Origin: a bacterium
Lineage (GTDB): Bacteria; Bacillota_I; Bacilli_A; RFN20; CAG-826
Assembly (NCBI GenBank): GCA_963605025.1
Contig: CAVCSZ010000001.1
Span: 18,387 to 82,386 of the forward strand
Direction of reading: 5' to 3'
Length of the DNA: 64,000 nucleotides
Part shown: positions 1 through 9,902 of the stretch, in pieces
Numbering within the stretch: position 1 is the stretch's first letter
Layout: each line of letters starts with the position of its first letter
Made by a program: the position numbers and the translations under genes
Notes under the pieces: generated by a model
Seen by the model: the letters and a program-made list of their open reading frames with translations, nothing else
Told to the model about the DNA's origin: nothing
Database searches by the model: none

Positions 1-637
1 AATCAAAATTATCATTTTTAAAACCAGGACCATCTAAATTGTAAACTTTAGTTATTCTATTTTGAATTTCTTCTTTAGAATTAAAATAAGAGAAATACGC
101 TAAATTACCACCTTTTGAATGTCCTGCGATTATAAAATTACCTTTTAATTTCTTAGACACTCTTTCAACATAATCTTTAGCGTATTTTTGAGCAGGAACA
201 ACATCATATAAAGCCATATTGAAGTCTTCTTTCCAACCTGTAATTGTATTATCAGTACCTCTAAAAACTATTAATGAATTATTCCCTAAACGATAAGTTG
301 TTGCAAAAAATTGAGCATTTTTTTCTTTAGAAAAATAATTCATAACATGTCCAAATTTTAATTTTTTGTATCTTTTGCATTTAAAGAAATTTTCTATAAA
401 TAAAGTATATTTATTTCCTGGAGTTAAAAATGGTTTTCTTAAAATTGTATAATCATTTTTATCATCAAAAATAGAAAAATCAAAAAATTTATCTTTCATT
501 TTATCATCAAATTTTGGAGAATTTACAAAAGCACAATAAGAAATACATGTCAAAATTAAAACATCAGTTTGACAAAAAGGTAATTCGTTAATCGTTTTAT
601 TTCCATTTATTTTTAAAAATTTCTTTATTGTATTCAC
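1..637 (-). CDS. DUF2974/Mbeg1-like alpha/beta hydrolase (lipase-like); C-terminal part runs off the left edge
   Basis: Own translation of the minus strand from GTG (637-635): VNTIKKFLKINGNKTINELPFCQTDVLILTCISYCAF...FRGTDNTITGWKEDF...IIAGHSKGGNLAYF...LDGPGF. It stays open to position 1. GHSKGG is a nucleophile elbow. It is missing from the ORF track because there is no in-window stop. The GTG shares 1 nt with the TAG stop of the upstream gene. Confidence 0.7.
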   Translation of the reverse strand, partial: MNTIKKFLKINGNKTINELPFCQTDVLILTCISYCAFVNSPKFDDKMKDKFFDFSIFDDKNDYTILRKPFLTPGNKYTLFIENFFKCKRYKKLKFGHVMNYFSKEKNAQFFATTYRLGNNSLIVFRGTDNTITGWKEDFNMALYDVVPAQKYAKDYVERVSKKLKGNFIIAGHSKGGNLAYFSYFNSKEEIQNRITKVYNLDGPGFKNDNFD

Positions 638-978
638 TAATCAATCTCCTTAGTAGAAATAACATCTATTCCAGTATTCAAAACATTTTCAATAATTATT
701 TGTCCAATTTTAATAGGTACTTCTATTTCTACTTTATTAATTTCTTTCATTAAATCAAAAATTAATTCTTTATTAATAGGTCCTGAAGTTTTACAAGGAC
801 AAACTAAAGAACTTGAATTTTTAACTTTAAAAGATGAAGTAACAATTCTTGTAGGATTTTTTATTTCTTGAAGTACATAATTTTTTCCTCTAGGACATGA
901 GTTCCCACTAATAAGATCACCATCAACATGAATTTGACATCCTTTAGGACAAACTATACAAGTAAAAATTTTATTCAT
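637..978 (-). CDS. DUF1667 domain protein (small Cys-rich subunit of a GlpA-type flavoprotein trio)
   Basis: The track ORF is 637-1038. I trimmed it to the internal ATG at 978 (MNKIFTCIVCPKGCQIHVDG...), which abuts the stop of the upstream gene at 980. Cys-rich CxxCPxGC motif typical of DUF1667. Confidence 0.7.
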   Translation of the reverse strand: MNKIFTCIVCPKGCQIHVDGDLISGNSCPRGKNYVLQEIKNPTRIVTSSFKVKNSSSLVCPCKTSGPINKELIFDLMKEINKVEIEVPIKIGQIIIENVLNTGIDVISTKEID

Positions 979-979
979 A

Positions 980-2236
980 TTATAAAAGCTCCTCAATTTC
1001 AAATGATAATTCTTCAATTTCTTTAAAATCAATATCATTTAATTTTAATTTTATCATTTCTGAAGGAATCATATTTAATTTTAAAATCTTTTTTATTATT
1101 TTATCTTTATCTTTTATATAAATATTTCCTTTTTTAATAGGTTTTTTAACTCTAAAAGAAAATTCAACTTCTTTTAATTCATTATAAACATCAATATAAT
1201 TAGGAAGTAAATAATTTAATAAAGAATTATGATGAGTTTCAATAGTTTTAATAATTTTCTTATCACCATTTAAAATTAAATCTGCAGCATTTTTACCAGC
1301 AATTTCTGCTTCTTCTACAACATAATCTACTAAATCATGAACATGCAAAACATTCCCACAACTAAATATTCCTTTTATAGAAGTTTCATAATTTTGATTA
1401 ATCATTACAGATTTAGTATTTTTATAAAGTTTACAACCAGCATTTTCAAGTAAAACATTGAAAGGATATAATCCTACAGATAATAAAAGTGTATCGCATT
1501 CAATAAAAGTTTCTTTTCCTGGAATAGGCTTTAAACTATCATCTACGTCACAAATAGTTATTCCTATTAATTGATTTTTACCATGAACTTTAATAACAGT
1601 ATTATGTAATTTTAATGGAATATTATAATCTTCTAAACATTGAACAATATTTCTATTTAATCCATTAGAATAAGGCATTAATTCACTTACACCTATGACT
1701 TTAGCACCTTCTAAAGTCATTCTTCTAGCCATAATTAATCCAATATCTCCACTTCCTAAAATATAAACTTTTTTGCCTACTAAATAACCATCTATATTTA
1801 AATATTTTTGTGCTAATCCTGCAGTAAAAACCCCATTAGGTCTTTCTCCAGGTAAAGCAATTTGACCAGCAGTTCTTTCATTACATCCAGCAGCATAAAT
1901 AATGCTTTTTGCTTTTAAAGTAACAATGCCATCTAAAGAATTACAATATGTAATTTCTAAATCTTTATTAACATCTAAAACTTGAGTATCTAATTTATAT
2001 TCAATATTTCTTTTTTTAACTTCATTAATAAAACGATAAGCAAATTCAGGTCCAGTTAATTCTTCTTTAAAATAATGCAAACCAAATCCATTATGAATAC
2101 ATTGATTTAAAATTCCTCCTAATTGGTTCATTCTTTCTAGGATAATAATATCTTTTACTCCATTATCAAAAGCACTAATAGCAGCACTTAATCCTGCACT
2201 ACCTCCACCAATAATAACTAAATCATGATAAATCAT
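980..2236 (-). CDS. FAD/NAD(P)-binding pyridine nucleotide-disulfide oxidoreductase, partner of the GlpA-like dehydrogenase
   Basis: N-terminal dinucleotide fold DLVIIGGGSAGLSAA and a second GxGxxG (ILGSGDIGL). 4-nt ATGA overlap with the upstream gene. Confidence 0.75.
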   Translation of the reverse strand: MIYHDLVIIGGGSAGLSAAISAFDNGVKDIIILERMNQLGGILNQCIHNGFGLHYFKEELTGPEFAYRFINEVKKRNIEYKLDTQVLDVNKDLEITYCNSLDGIVTLKAKSIIYAAGCNERTAGQIALPGERPNGVFTAGLAQKYLNIDGYLVGKKVYILGSGDIGLIMARRMTLEGAKVIGVSELMPYSNGLNRNIVQCLEDYNIPLKLHNTVIKVHGKNQLIGITICDVDDSLKPIPGKETFIECDTLLLSVGLYPFNVLLENAGCKLYKNTKSVMINQNYETSIKGIFSCGNVLHVHDLVDYVVEEAEIAGKNAADLILNGDKKIIKTIETHHNSLLNYLLPNYIDVYNELKEVEFSFRVKKPIKKGNIYIKDKDKIIKKILKLNMIPSEMIKLKLNDIDFKEIEELSFEIEELL

Positions 2237-3675
2237 AATTTTTCTCCTTTATTAGTAAATTTCATAACAACGCTTCCTTCATTAGAATAATTAATTTCAT
2301 TTAGATTTTTATTTAATTCTCTACTTAAAATTTTTAATACTTCTTCTTGACAAAAAGTACCTTGACACATTCCAAATCCTGCTCTAACTCTTTTTTTAAC
2401 GCCTTTAATAGTAGTAGCACCACAATTTCTATTTATAACATCAACAATTTCGCCTTCACTTATCTTCTCACAACGACAAATTAAATGACCATATTTAGGA
2501 TTTTCTTTGATAATTTTATTATATTCATCAATATTCATTGTCTTTTTTGAATAATGTTTTCTAATAAAAGGATTATAAGATAAATTTTCTTTTAAATTTA
2601 ATTTAGAACTTACCATTTTAGCAACTTCTTCTCCAATAGCAGGAGATGAAGCAAGTCCTGGAGACATAATTCCAATACAATTAAAAAATAATGGATTATT
2701 TTTACTCTCTTCAATTAAAAAATCATCAGTATTTGGATTTGCTCTTACACCTGCAAAATATCTAATTGTTTTATCTAATGGTAAATCTTTTATTAATTTT
2801 TTAGCAGTTTCCTTTATTTTTTCAATTGTAAAATTATCTATAGAAGTATCTTCTTTATCACTTTCATCATTTGAAGGACCTATAATATAATTAAAAGATG
2901 TAGTAGGTGAGATTAAAACACCTTTTCCAACTTTTGTAGGACACATAAATAATGTATGTTTTACCCACTTTTCATTAAAATGATTTAATAATATATATTC
3001 ACCTTTCCTAGGAATAATTTTAAAATCATTATCTTCTAATAAAGACCATATTTCTTTTCCATATAGTCCAGATGTATTTACAATTGATTTAGAATAAAAT
3101 TCACCTTTATTTGTAAACAAAATATAAATATTATTCTCTTTTTTAATATCTAAAACTTTAGTATTTAAAGATAAACTAACTCCATTATCTAAAGCATTTT
3201 CCATTGCACCTACGCATAATCTAAATGGATTAACAATACCAGAATCTTCACAATATAAAGCATATTTACATTCTTCATTTAAATTAGGTTCTAATCTATG
3301 TAATTCATCATAATTTATAATTTTAGATTTAACATTATTTAAATCTGCACGAACTTTTAATTCTTTTAAAGTATTTAAATCATCTTCATTAAATCCAATA
3401 GTTAAGCTTCCGTTTTTAATAAAATCACAATCAAGTTCATTACAAACTTTCTCCATCATTTTATTACCTTTAACATTAAAATACGCTTTTTTTGTATTAG
3501 GTTTAGGATCATAACCACTATGAACAATTGCACTATTAGCGCTACTAGTTTCATCTCCAACATCATTATTTTTTTCGACAACTAAAAATTTACCTTCATA
3601 TTTTGATAAATATCTACTTACAAAACTTCCAATAATACCAGCGCCAATTACAATGCAATCATAAATTTTATTCAT
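2233..3675 (-). CDS. FAD-dependent glycerol-3-phosphate dehydrogenase/oxidase-like protein with C-terminal BFD-like [2Fe-2S] domain
   Basis: N-terminal DCIVIGAGIIGS FAD fold. C-terminal CRCEKISEGEIVDVI...GMCQGTFC resembles the BFD-like domain of anaerobic GlpA-type enzymes. Confidence 0.75.
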   Translation of the reverse strand: MNKIYDCIVIGAGIIGSFVSRYLSKYEGKFLVVEKNNDVGDETSSANSAIVHSGYDPKPNTKKAYFNVKGNKMMEKVCNELDCDFIKNGSLTIGFNEDDLNTLKELKVRADLNNVKSKIINYDELHRLEPNLNEECKYALYCEDSGIVNPFRLCVGAMENALDNGVSLSLNTKVLDIKKENNIYILFTNKGEFYSKSIVNTSGLYGKEIWSLLEDNDFKIIPRKGEYILLNHFNEKWVKHTLFMCPTKVGKGVLISPTTSFNYIIGPSNDESDKEDTSIDNFTIEKIKETAKKLIKDLPLDKTIRYFAGVRANPNTDDFLIEESKNNPLFFNCIGIMSPGLASSPAIGEEVAKMVSSKLNLKENLSYNPFIRKHYSKKTMNIDEYNKIIKENPKYGHLICRCEKISEGEIVDVINRNCGATTIKGVKKRVRAGFGMCQGTFCQEEVLKILSRELNKNLNEINYSNEGSVVMKFTNKGEKL

Positions 3676-3676
3676 A

Positions 3677-4012
3677 TTATTTCTTCCTATTTATAGAATA
3701 TTCTTTATTAAATTTTTCACCCTTATATCTTTTATGTAATTTATCTAAATTATATTGAGCGATTTCTTCTAAAGATAAATTTAATCCACTAGCAGTTTCA
3801 GCAAGATACCATAAAACATCACCTAATTCTTCTTTTAAATGTTCTTTATCTAATTCATGTCCTTGATATTTAAATTTTTTTACAATATCACAACATTCAC
3901 CAACTTCTCCTGCTAAACCTAAAACTCCGTTAGTAATCATATCTTTTTTACCTTCTTCAGAAATTAAATTATAAGCATGTTTTTGATATTCATTAAAGTC
4001 TAATTTATCCAT
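3677..4012 (-). CDS. MazG-like nucleoside triphosphate pyrophosphohydrolase (small all-alpha NTP-PPase)
   Basis: EVGE...EELGDVLWYL acidic motifs typical of the MazG/YpjD family. Ends 1 nt before the glpA-like start. Confidence 0.7.
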   Translation of the reverse strand: MDKLDFNEYQKHAYNLISEEGKKDMITNGVLGLAGEVGECCDIVKKFKYQGHELDKEHLKEELGDVLWYLAETASGLNLSLEEIAQYNLDKLHKRYKGEKFNKEYSINRKK

Positions 4013-4171
4013 ATAACTCCTTTAATTATAAATAATAGTTTTAAAATAATTTTAAATTTTAAATATGTTAAAAATATTATAACAAATTTAGTTAATATAC
4101 TTAATCTTTTTTTAAAGCATTGTATTTGAATTATTATTAATATAATTATAAAATTAATCGAGGTATTGTTT

Positions 4172-4552
4172 ATGGAAATAAAAATTTTAAAATGTAAATC
4201 TTGTGGAAAAATTGTAGAAAGATTACCAGGAACACATGGATGTCCTACTGTTTGTTGTGGTTCTCCAATGGTAGAACTTGTTCCAAATTCTCAAGAAGCT
4301 AGCTTAGAAAAGCATGTTCCAGTAGTTCAAATTGATGGAAATCACATTCATATTCAAATAGGTCAAATCGTACATCCTATGATTGATGAACATTATATTC
4401 ATTTTATTTATTTAATTACAGATAAAGCTGTTCATCGTATAGATTTAACTCCAAATTCTAAACCTGTTGTAGATTTTTATATTGATAATGAAAAACCATT
4501 AAAAGTTTATGAATTCTGTAACTTACATGGTTTATGGGAAAAAGACTTATAA
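4172..4552 (+). CDS. dfx: Desulfoferrodoxin (2Fe superoxide reductase)
   Basis: N-terminal desulforedoxin-like CKSCG...CPTVCCG. Centre II ligands EKHVP, HPM, EHYIH, CNLH. Start moved from TTG 4166 to ATG 4172, which sits 9 nt after GAGG. Confidence 0.85.
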   Translation: MEIKILKCKSCGKIVERLPGTHGCPTVCCGSPMVELVPNSQEASLEKHVPVVQIDGNHIHIQIGQIVHPMIDEHYIHFIYLITDKAVHRIDLTPNSKPVVDFYIDNEKPLKVYEFCNLHGLWEKDL

Positions 4553-4577
4553 ATATTTCTCTTTAATTATATTTTTA

Positions 4578-4606
4578 TTGATTATTTAAATAATTTTTGA
4601 TAATAT
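4578..4606 (+). promoter_or_regulatory. Putative sigma-A promoter of tRNA-His
   Basis: TTGATT (4578-4583), 17-nt spacer ending in TG (extended -10), TAATAT (4601-4606). The tRNA starts 11 nt downstream. Confidence 0.45.
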
Positions 4607-4616
4607 AATTAAGCAT

Positions 4617-4693
4617 GGCGAAATTGGAGAAGCGGTTAACTCACTTGGCTGTGAACCAAGCATTCACCGGTTCGATCCCGGTATTTCGCCCCA
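4617..4693 (+). tRNA. tRNA-His (anticodon GTG), with G-1 and encoded CCA
   Basis: Cloverleaf read by eye. Acceptor G-1/GCGAAAT...ATTTCGC-C-CCA, anticodon stem CTTGG/CCAAG, loop CTGTGAA, T-loop GGTTCGATCC. Confidence 0.9.
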
Positions 4694-4704
4694 TTTAAAA
4701 AATT

Positions 4705-4729
4705 ACACGATTTATATCGTGTTTTTTTA
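4705..4729 (+). terminator. Rho-independent terminator after tRNA-His
   Basis: ACACGAT-ttat-ATCGTGT followed by a T7 run. Confidence 0.8.
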
Positions 4730-4732
4730 TTA

Positions 4733-4758
4733 CAAAAAAGACCTAGTTAATCTAGGTC
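4733..4758 (-). terminator. Rho-independent terminator of the decarboxylase gene
   Basis: Minus strand reads GACCTAG-attaa-CTAGGTC followed by TTTTTTG. The stop codon lies in the loop. Confidence 0.65.
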
Positions 4759-6258
4759 ATATTCTTCGATAGTTTTTAAATTAACTGCGTTTTTCTCATC
4801 TATTACGCAAACTTCTCCTAAATTTTCCCAATCAGAGATAATATTAGCTTTAGTTTCAATATAATAATTCAATTCATTAATTATATCTTTTGTAAAAACT
4901 TCTCCAGGTATAATAATAGGTATTCCAGGAGGATAAATCATAATAGTTTCTTTAGAAATTCTTCCTAATGCATTATCTAATTTAATAACTTCTAATGGTG
5001 CATGATAGGCTACACGAGGTCTAACTTTTAAAGTTGGAAAATTATTAGCGTAATGATGATCAATATATTTAGTGTTTGGATTATAGAATCTTTTTGAAAT
5101 ATCTTTTAAAGCTTCTACTATTTTTAACATATCTTCTTTTTTACTACCTATTGTAAAAAGTAATAAAAATACATATGTTTCAGCAAGTTCTATTTGAATA
5201 CGATAATCATCTTTTAAAATCTTATATAAATCAAAGCCATTAATAGAAAGTTTATCAATCTCTACAACTAATTTAGTTTGATCATATGAATAACTACCTT
5301 GTTTAATAAAAGAATCTTTTCCATGTGCTTTAAATCCTTGAATTTTATTAATTTCAATTTCACATTCTTTAGCGAGTTTTATAGCTTTATTTATATATTT
5401 ATTTCCATTAAAATATAAAAATTTTCTAGCACCATCTAAAGATGCTATTAAAATTGAAGATGGAGATGTTGTAGTAATTAAATTAAAACTTTTATTAATA
5501 TCATAATTTTTTACTAATTCTCCTTTATATAATAAAATACTAGATTGCGTTAAGCTTCCACCTGTTTTATGTATAGAAAGAGTGGTCATATCAGCACCTG
5601 CATCCATTGCAGTTATAGGAGAATGTTTAGAAAAATAGAAATGACTTCCATGAGCTTCATCTACTAAAACAAGCATATTTTTACTATGAGCATATTTTAC
5701 AATTCTTTTTAAATCACAAGTTGCTCCAAAATATGTTGGGTTTATAATAAATATAGCTTTAGCAGTAGGATTTTCATCAATTGCTTTTTTCCAATCTTTA
5801 AATGATATTTGATTTACAATTTCTAAATCTTTATCAATTTCAGGCATAACAAATACAGGTATTGCACCACTTAAAATAATTCCACTTATTACGGATTTAT
5901 GAATATTTCTAGGGAGAATAATTTTTTCTTTTGCTTTTAAACAAGACATAATCATTATTAAATTACCACTTGTAGAACCATTTACTAAAAATTTTGCATA
6001 GTCAGCATTACACGCTTTTGCAAATAAGTCTTGAGCTTTAGCGATTGAATAATGAGGATGTGCTAAATTATCCATTCCTCGAGGTGCATTAATATCTTTT
6101 TTATAAAGATTATTTCCAAATATTTTATTAAATTCTTTATTAATATTTTTTTGATGATGACCAGGAACATCAAAAGAAGTATTATGTTCTTCTAAATATT
6201 TTTTATAAGCATCTAAATATGGAGTTTCTTTTTGAATTTCAAAATCATTATTTTTCAT
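4747..6258 (-). CDS. Orn/Lys/Arg decarboxylase family PLP enzyme (SpeA/YaaO-like)
   Basis: 503 aa. The PLP-lysine context LSIHKTGGSLTQSS and DEAHGSHF are typical of the major-domain Orn/Lys/Arg decarboxylases of Firmicutes. Confidence 0.8.
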   Translation of the reverse strand: MKNNDFEIQKETPYLDAYKKYLEEHNTSFDVPGHHQKNINKEFNKIFGNNLYKKDINAPRGMDNLAHPHYSIAKAQDLFAKACNADYAKFLVNGSTSGNLIMIMSCLKAKEKIILPRNIHKSVISGIILSGAIPVFVMPEIDKDLEIVNQISFKDWKKAIDENPTAKAIFIINPTYFGATCDLKRIVKYAHSKNMLVLVDEAHGSHFYFSKHSPITAMDAGADMTTLSIHKTGGSLTQSSILLYKGELVKNYDINKSFNLITTTSPSSILIASLDGARKFLYFNGNKYINKAIKLAKECEIEINKIQGFKAHGKDSFIKQGSYSYDQTKLVVEIDKLSINGFDLYKILKDDYRIQIELAETYVFLLLFTIGSKKEDMLKIVEALKDISKRFYNPNTKYIDHHYANNFPTLKVRPRVAYHAPLEVIKLDNALGRISKETIMIYPPGIPIIIPGEVFTKDIINELNYYIETKANIISDWENLGEVCVIDEKNAVNLKTIEEYDLD

Positions 6259-6332
6259 CTTAAAAATATTATCATAAAAGTTTCTTAATATACATAATTT
6301 TATTTTTATTTTTAATTTGATATTATTTTATT

Positions 6333-6791
6333 ATGAAAGTATTAGTTATCAGTGATAGTCACGGAAATTATGAAATTATTCAAAAAGTATTAAAAATAGA
6401 AAAAGATATTGATGTTTATATACATCTTGGAGATTATGAAATACCTGAATATTTATTAAACAATTTTATATTAGTAAAAGGAAATTGCGATTATATAAGT
6501 GAAGCACCTTTATCAAGAATAATTGAAATTAATAATTTTAAAATTTATTTAGAACATGGTATTAATTTTACAAGAACAAATTTTAAAGAAGAGTATATTA
6601 AAAATACAAAAGCAGATATTTTTTTATTTGGGCATACTCATACTAGATTTGCTAATAAAATAGAAAATATTTATATTTTTAATCCTGGGAGTATCTCTAA
6701 ACCAAGAGATAATAATTTAGGTACTTATTTAATTTTAAATTTAAATAATGATAAAACTATAAATTATGAATTTAAAGAAATTAATTTATAG
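6333..6791 (+). CDS. YfcE/MJ0936-family metallophosphoesterase
   Basis: MKVLVISDSHGN..., GDY, GNCD, GHTH motifs. Confidence 0.8.
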   Translation: MKVLVISDSHGNYEIIQKVLKIEKDIDVYIHLGDYEIPEYLLNNFILVKGNCDYISEAPLSRIIEINNFKIYLEHGINFTRTNFKEEYIKNTKADIFLFGHTHTRFANKIENIYIFNPGSISKPRDNNLGTYLILNLNNDKTINYEFKEINL

Positions 6792-7914
6792 AAGTTGCTA
6801 ATTTATAAGCACTATAAATAGCAAACATAATATTGAATCCTCCACATAATCCATCAACATTTAAACATTCCCCTAAAAAATAAACATTTTTTTCTTTTTT
6901 TGATTCAAAATAATCATTTATTTCTATTAAATCTAATCCACCAATTGTTACTTGTGAAAATTCAAAATCATAAGAAGATTTAAATGTAAAATTTAAATGT
7001 TTTAAGTTTTTTATATATTTTTTTAAATTATCATTAGAAATACTATTTAAATATGAAAATAATTGCTTACCAAACAAAGATTCTAAAAAACATAATCCAT
7101 ATTTTTTATATTTATCATTAAAATTATTAAATAAAGATTCTTCATCTAAATCAGGATATAAATCAATAGAAATTATAGGATTTTTAAAATTATTTCTATT
7201 TATTATAGAATTGATATTAAAAATTGAAATTCCACTGATTCCGTCTTTTTTAAAAATAACTTCTCCTTTTTCTTCATAAATTAATTCATTATTATTTATC
7301 AATTTAATTAAACCTTTTAATCTTAAATTTTCTAATGATTTAACATTTTCATTTAATTTAATTGGAGATAAACCAGGTTTTAAAGGAATAATATTATAAT
7401 TATGTTTTTTAAATATATTAAATAAATTACCATCACTTCCAGTAGATTTCATTGATTTTCCACCAGTAGCAAAAATTAATTTATCATAATTATATTTATT
7501 TTTATCTGTAATTAACATTTGATTATTATATTCAATTATATTTTCTTCTAAATGTATATCAATTTTGTAATATTCTAATAATTTTAATAAATAATTATTT
7601 AATGTTTTACTAGATAAAGAATTAGGATAATAAAGATCATTTATTTTTCTTAAAAATATTCCAAAATTATTTAGTATTTCTTCTTCTTTTAAACTAAAAT
7701 CTTTCATAATTTCATTAATAGAATCAATATTATATGAAAACTCATTTACATTTGAATTTCCTATATTACATCTTCCATTTCCAGTTACTAATAATTTTTT
7801 TCCAATTATTTTATTTTTATCAAATAATTTAATGTTCAAGTTACTATTTTTATTTTTTAAAAAAATTGATAAAAAAATACCACTTACTCCTGCGCCAACT
7901 ACTAATATATTCAT
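6781..7914 (-). CDS. HI0933/BaiN-family NAD(P)/FAD-dependent oxidoreductase
   Basis: NILVVGAGVSGIF FAD fold, TGNGRCNIGN signature, C-terminal GGFN. Confidence 0.75.
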   Translation of the reverse strand: MNILVVGAGVSGIFLSIFLKNKNSNLNIKLFDKNKIIGKKLLVTGNGRCNIGNSNVNEFSYNIDSINEIMKDFSLKEEEILNNFGIFLRKINDLYYPNSLSSKTLNNYLLKLLEYYKIDIHLEENIIEYNNQMLITDKNKYNYDKLIFATGGKSMKSTGSDGNLFNIFKKHNYNIIPLKPGLSPIKLNENVKSLENLRLKGLIKLINNNELIYEEKGEVIFKKDGISGISIFNINSIINRNNFKNPIISIDLYPDLDEESLFNNFNDKYKKYGLCFLESLFGKQLFSYLNSISNDNLKKYIKNLKHLNFTFKSSYDFEFSQVTIGGLDLIEINDYFESKKEKNVYFLGECLNVDGLCGGFNIMFAIYSAYKLATSIN

Positions 7915-7979
7915 ATTTATATTATATAATAAAACTTGAAAACTTTACTTACTATTTATAAAATTTAATTGGAGATTAT

Positions 7980-8657
7980 ATGAAAAGATTTGGATTAGTT
8001 GTAGCTGTTGAAACAGAAATAAATGCTTTATTAAAAATTAATAAAGATTTAAAAAAATTAAAGGATGATAGATTTGAAATTTATTTTGCAAAAATAAATA
8101 ATAATGAACTTTATGTTATTCACTCAGGATGTGGTGAAATTTTTGCAAGTATAGCTACTCAATATTTAATAACTAAGTTTTCAATTGATATTATTTTTAA
8201 TTATGGAATATGTGGTGCTTTAAGACCAAATCTTGAAACATCAAGTTGTTGTTTGATTGATTCAATTATAAATTATGATTTTGATACAGATCCAATTGAT
8301 CATAAAGGTGTTGGATTTCATACTGAAATAAAATCTTTAATTTTAAAACCAAATCAAGAATTAATAGATAAAGTATTAAGCAAAGAAAAACTTCCTCTTT
8401 ATAGATGTGCAAGTGGAGATAAGTTTATTGATAAAGAAGAAGATAGATTGTATTTACATCAAAATTTTGATGCTGATGTTTGTGAAATGGAATCTGCTGG
8501 TATTTTTATATGTTGTTATCAAAATAAAATTCCATGTTTATTTTTAAAAGGAATTAGTGATTCATATTCTGGTGGTAGTCAAGAATTTCAAAAAATGGCA
8601 TCCACAAGTAGTTTAGTAGCAGCTAAATTATTTATTGATATTATTGAAAATTTTTAA
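7980..8657 (+). CDS. PNP_UDP_1 family nucleosidase, MTA/SAH nucleosidase (MtnN)-like
   Basis: 225 aa. CEMESAGI and ISD motifs resemble MtnN/Pfs. The assignment is family-level only. Confidence 0.6.
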   Translation: MKRFGLVVAVETEINALLKINKDLKKLKDDRFEIYFAKINNNELYVIHSGCGEIFASIATQYLITKFSIDIIFNYGICGALRPNLETSSCCLIDSIINYDFDTDPIDHKGVGFHTEIKSLILKPNQELIDKVLSKEKLPLYRCASGDKFIDKEEDRLYLHQNFDADVCEMESAGIFICCYQNKIPCLFLKGISDSYSGGSQEFQKMASTSSLVAAKLFIDIIENF

Positions 8658-8674
8658 TATAAAAAATAATATAA

Positions 8675-8705
8675 AAAAAGAGGATTTATAAATCCTCTTT
8701 TAATT
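8675..8705. terminator. Bidirectional rho-independent terminator (tuf / mtnN-like)
   Basis: AAAGAGGATTT-at-AAATCCTCTTT flanked by an A-run and a T-run. Confidence 0.8.
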
Positions 8706-8717
8706 TTATTATTTTTA

Positions 8718-9902
8718 TTATTTAATAATTTCGCTAACTGTACCAGCACCAACAGTTCTACCACCTTCTCTGATTGAGAATTTAGTACCTTTTTCAACTG
8801 CGACTGGGTGAATTAATTCAACTGTGAAGCTAACGTTATCACCTGGCATAACCATTTCTGTTCCTTCTGGAAGAGTGATTGTACCTGTAATATCTGTTGT
8901 ATGGAAGTAGAATTGTGGTCTGTAATTTGATAAGAATCCTGTATGTCTTCCACCTTCTTCTTTAGTTAAGATATAAGCTTGACATGTGAATTTTGTATGT
9001 GGAGTAACACTACCGACTTTAGCTAAAACTTGTCCTCTAACTACTTCGTCTCTGTTAACACCTCTTAATAAGACACCTGCGTTATCACCAGCTTCTGCGA
9101 AATCTAATGTTTTTCTGAACATTTCGATACCAGTAACAACTGATTTCTTTGTTTCTTTAATACCAACGATTTCAACTTCGTCGTTTAATTTAACAGTACC
9201 TCTTTCAACTCTACCAGTAACGACAGTTCCTCTACCTGTGATAGTTAAAACGTCTTCGATTGGCATTAAGAATGGTTTATCTGTATCTCTGACTGGATCA
9301 GGAATATAAGCATCAACTGCATCCATTAAAGCCATAACTTGTTTTTCAGCTTCTGGATCGCCATCTAAAGCTTTTCTAGCACTACCTCTGATAATTGGTG
9401 TGTCATCACCTGGGAATCCGTATTTATTTAATAAATCTCTAACGTCCATTTCAACTAAGTCGATTAATTCTGGATCATCAACTAAGTCACATTTATTTAA
9501 GAAAACAACAATGTATGGAACACCAACTTGTCTAGCAAGTAAGATGTGTTCACGAGTTTGAGGCATAACACCATCTGTAGCAGCAACAACTAAGATACCA
9601 CCATCCATTTGAGCAGCACCAGTAATCATATTTTTAACATAGTCTGCGTGTCCTGGACAGTCAACGTGAGCATAGTGTCTCTTTCCTGTTGAATATTCGA
9701 TGTGAGCAGTATTAATAGTAATACCTCTTGCTTTTTCTTCTGGTGCAGCATCGATTTGGTCGTAATTTTTAACTTCTGATAAACCTGCTTTACCTAAAAC
9801 GTGTGTGATAGCAGCTGTTAATGTTGTTTTACCATGGTCAACGTGACCAATAGTACCAATGTTCATGTGAACTTTACTTCTATCAAATTTCTCTTTTGCC
9901 AT
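8718..9902 (-). CDS. tuf: Elongation factor Tu
   Basis: [19 protein letters not shown]; full-length, 394 aa. Confidence 0.99.
   Translation of the reverse strand: MAKEKFDRSKVHMNIGTIGHVDHGKTTLTAAITHVLGKAGLSEVKNYDQIDAAPEEKARGITINTAHIEYSTGKRHYAHVDCPGHADYVKNMITGAAQMDGGILVVAATDGVMPQTREHILLARQVGVPYIVVFLNKCDLVDDPELIDLVEMDVRDLLNKYGFPGDDTPIIRGSARKALDGDPEAEKQVMALMDAVDAYIPDPVRDTDKPFLMPIEDVLTITGRGTVVTGRVERGTVKLNDEVEIVGIKETKKSVVTGIEMFRKTLDFAEAGDNAGVLLRGVNRDEVVRGQVLAKVGSVTPHTKFTCQAYILTKEEGGRHTGFLSNYRPQFYFHTTDITGTITLPEGTEMVMPGDNVSFTVELIHPVAVEKGTKFSIREGGRTVGAGTVSEIIK

Noticed and set aside
8986-9309. Antisense or alternative-frame ORFs inside highly expressed genes. They lie in tuf (8986-9309), fusA (10450-10674, 10472-10702, 11412-11597, 11676-11921, 11794-12027), rpoC (13957-14256, 14387-14593), rpoB (20553-20735), ybxB-like (21634-21897), rplL (22142-22402), rplA (23160-23504), rplK (23703-23933, 23764-23955) and nusG (24236-24493, 24396-24620).
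   Set aside because: All lie completely within genes of certain identity. Their translations are low-complexity (Ser/Thr/Leu/Pro or Lys/Leu-rich) with no motifs. They have no RBS or independent signals. They are typical shadow ORFs of codon-biased genes.
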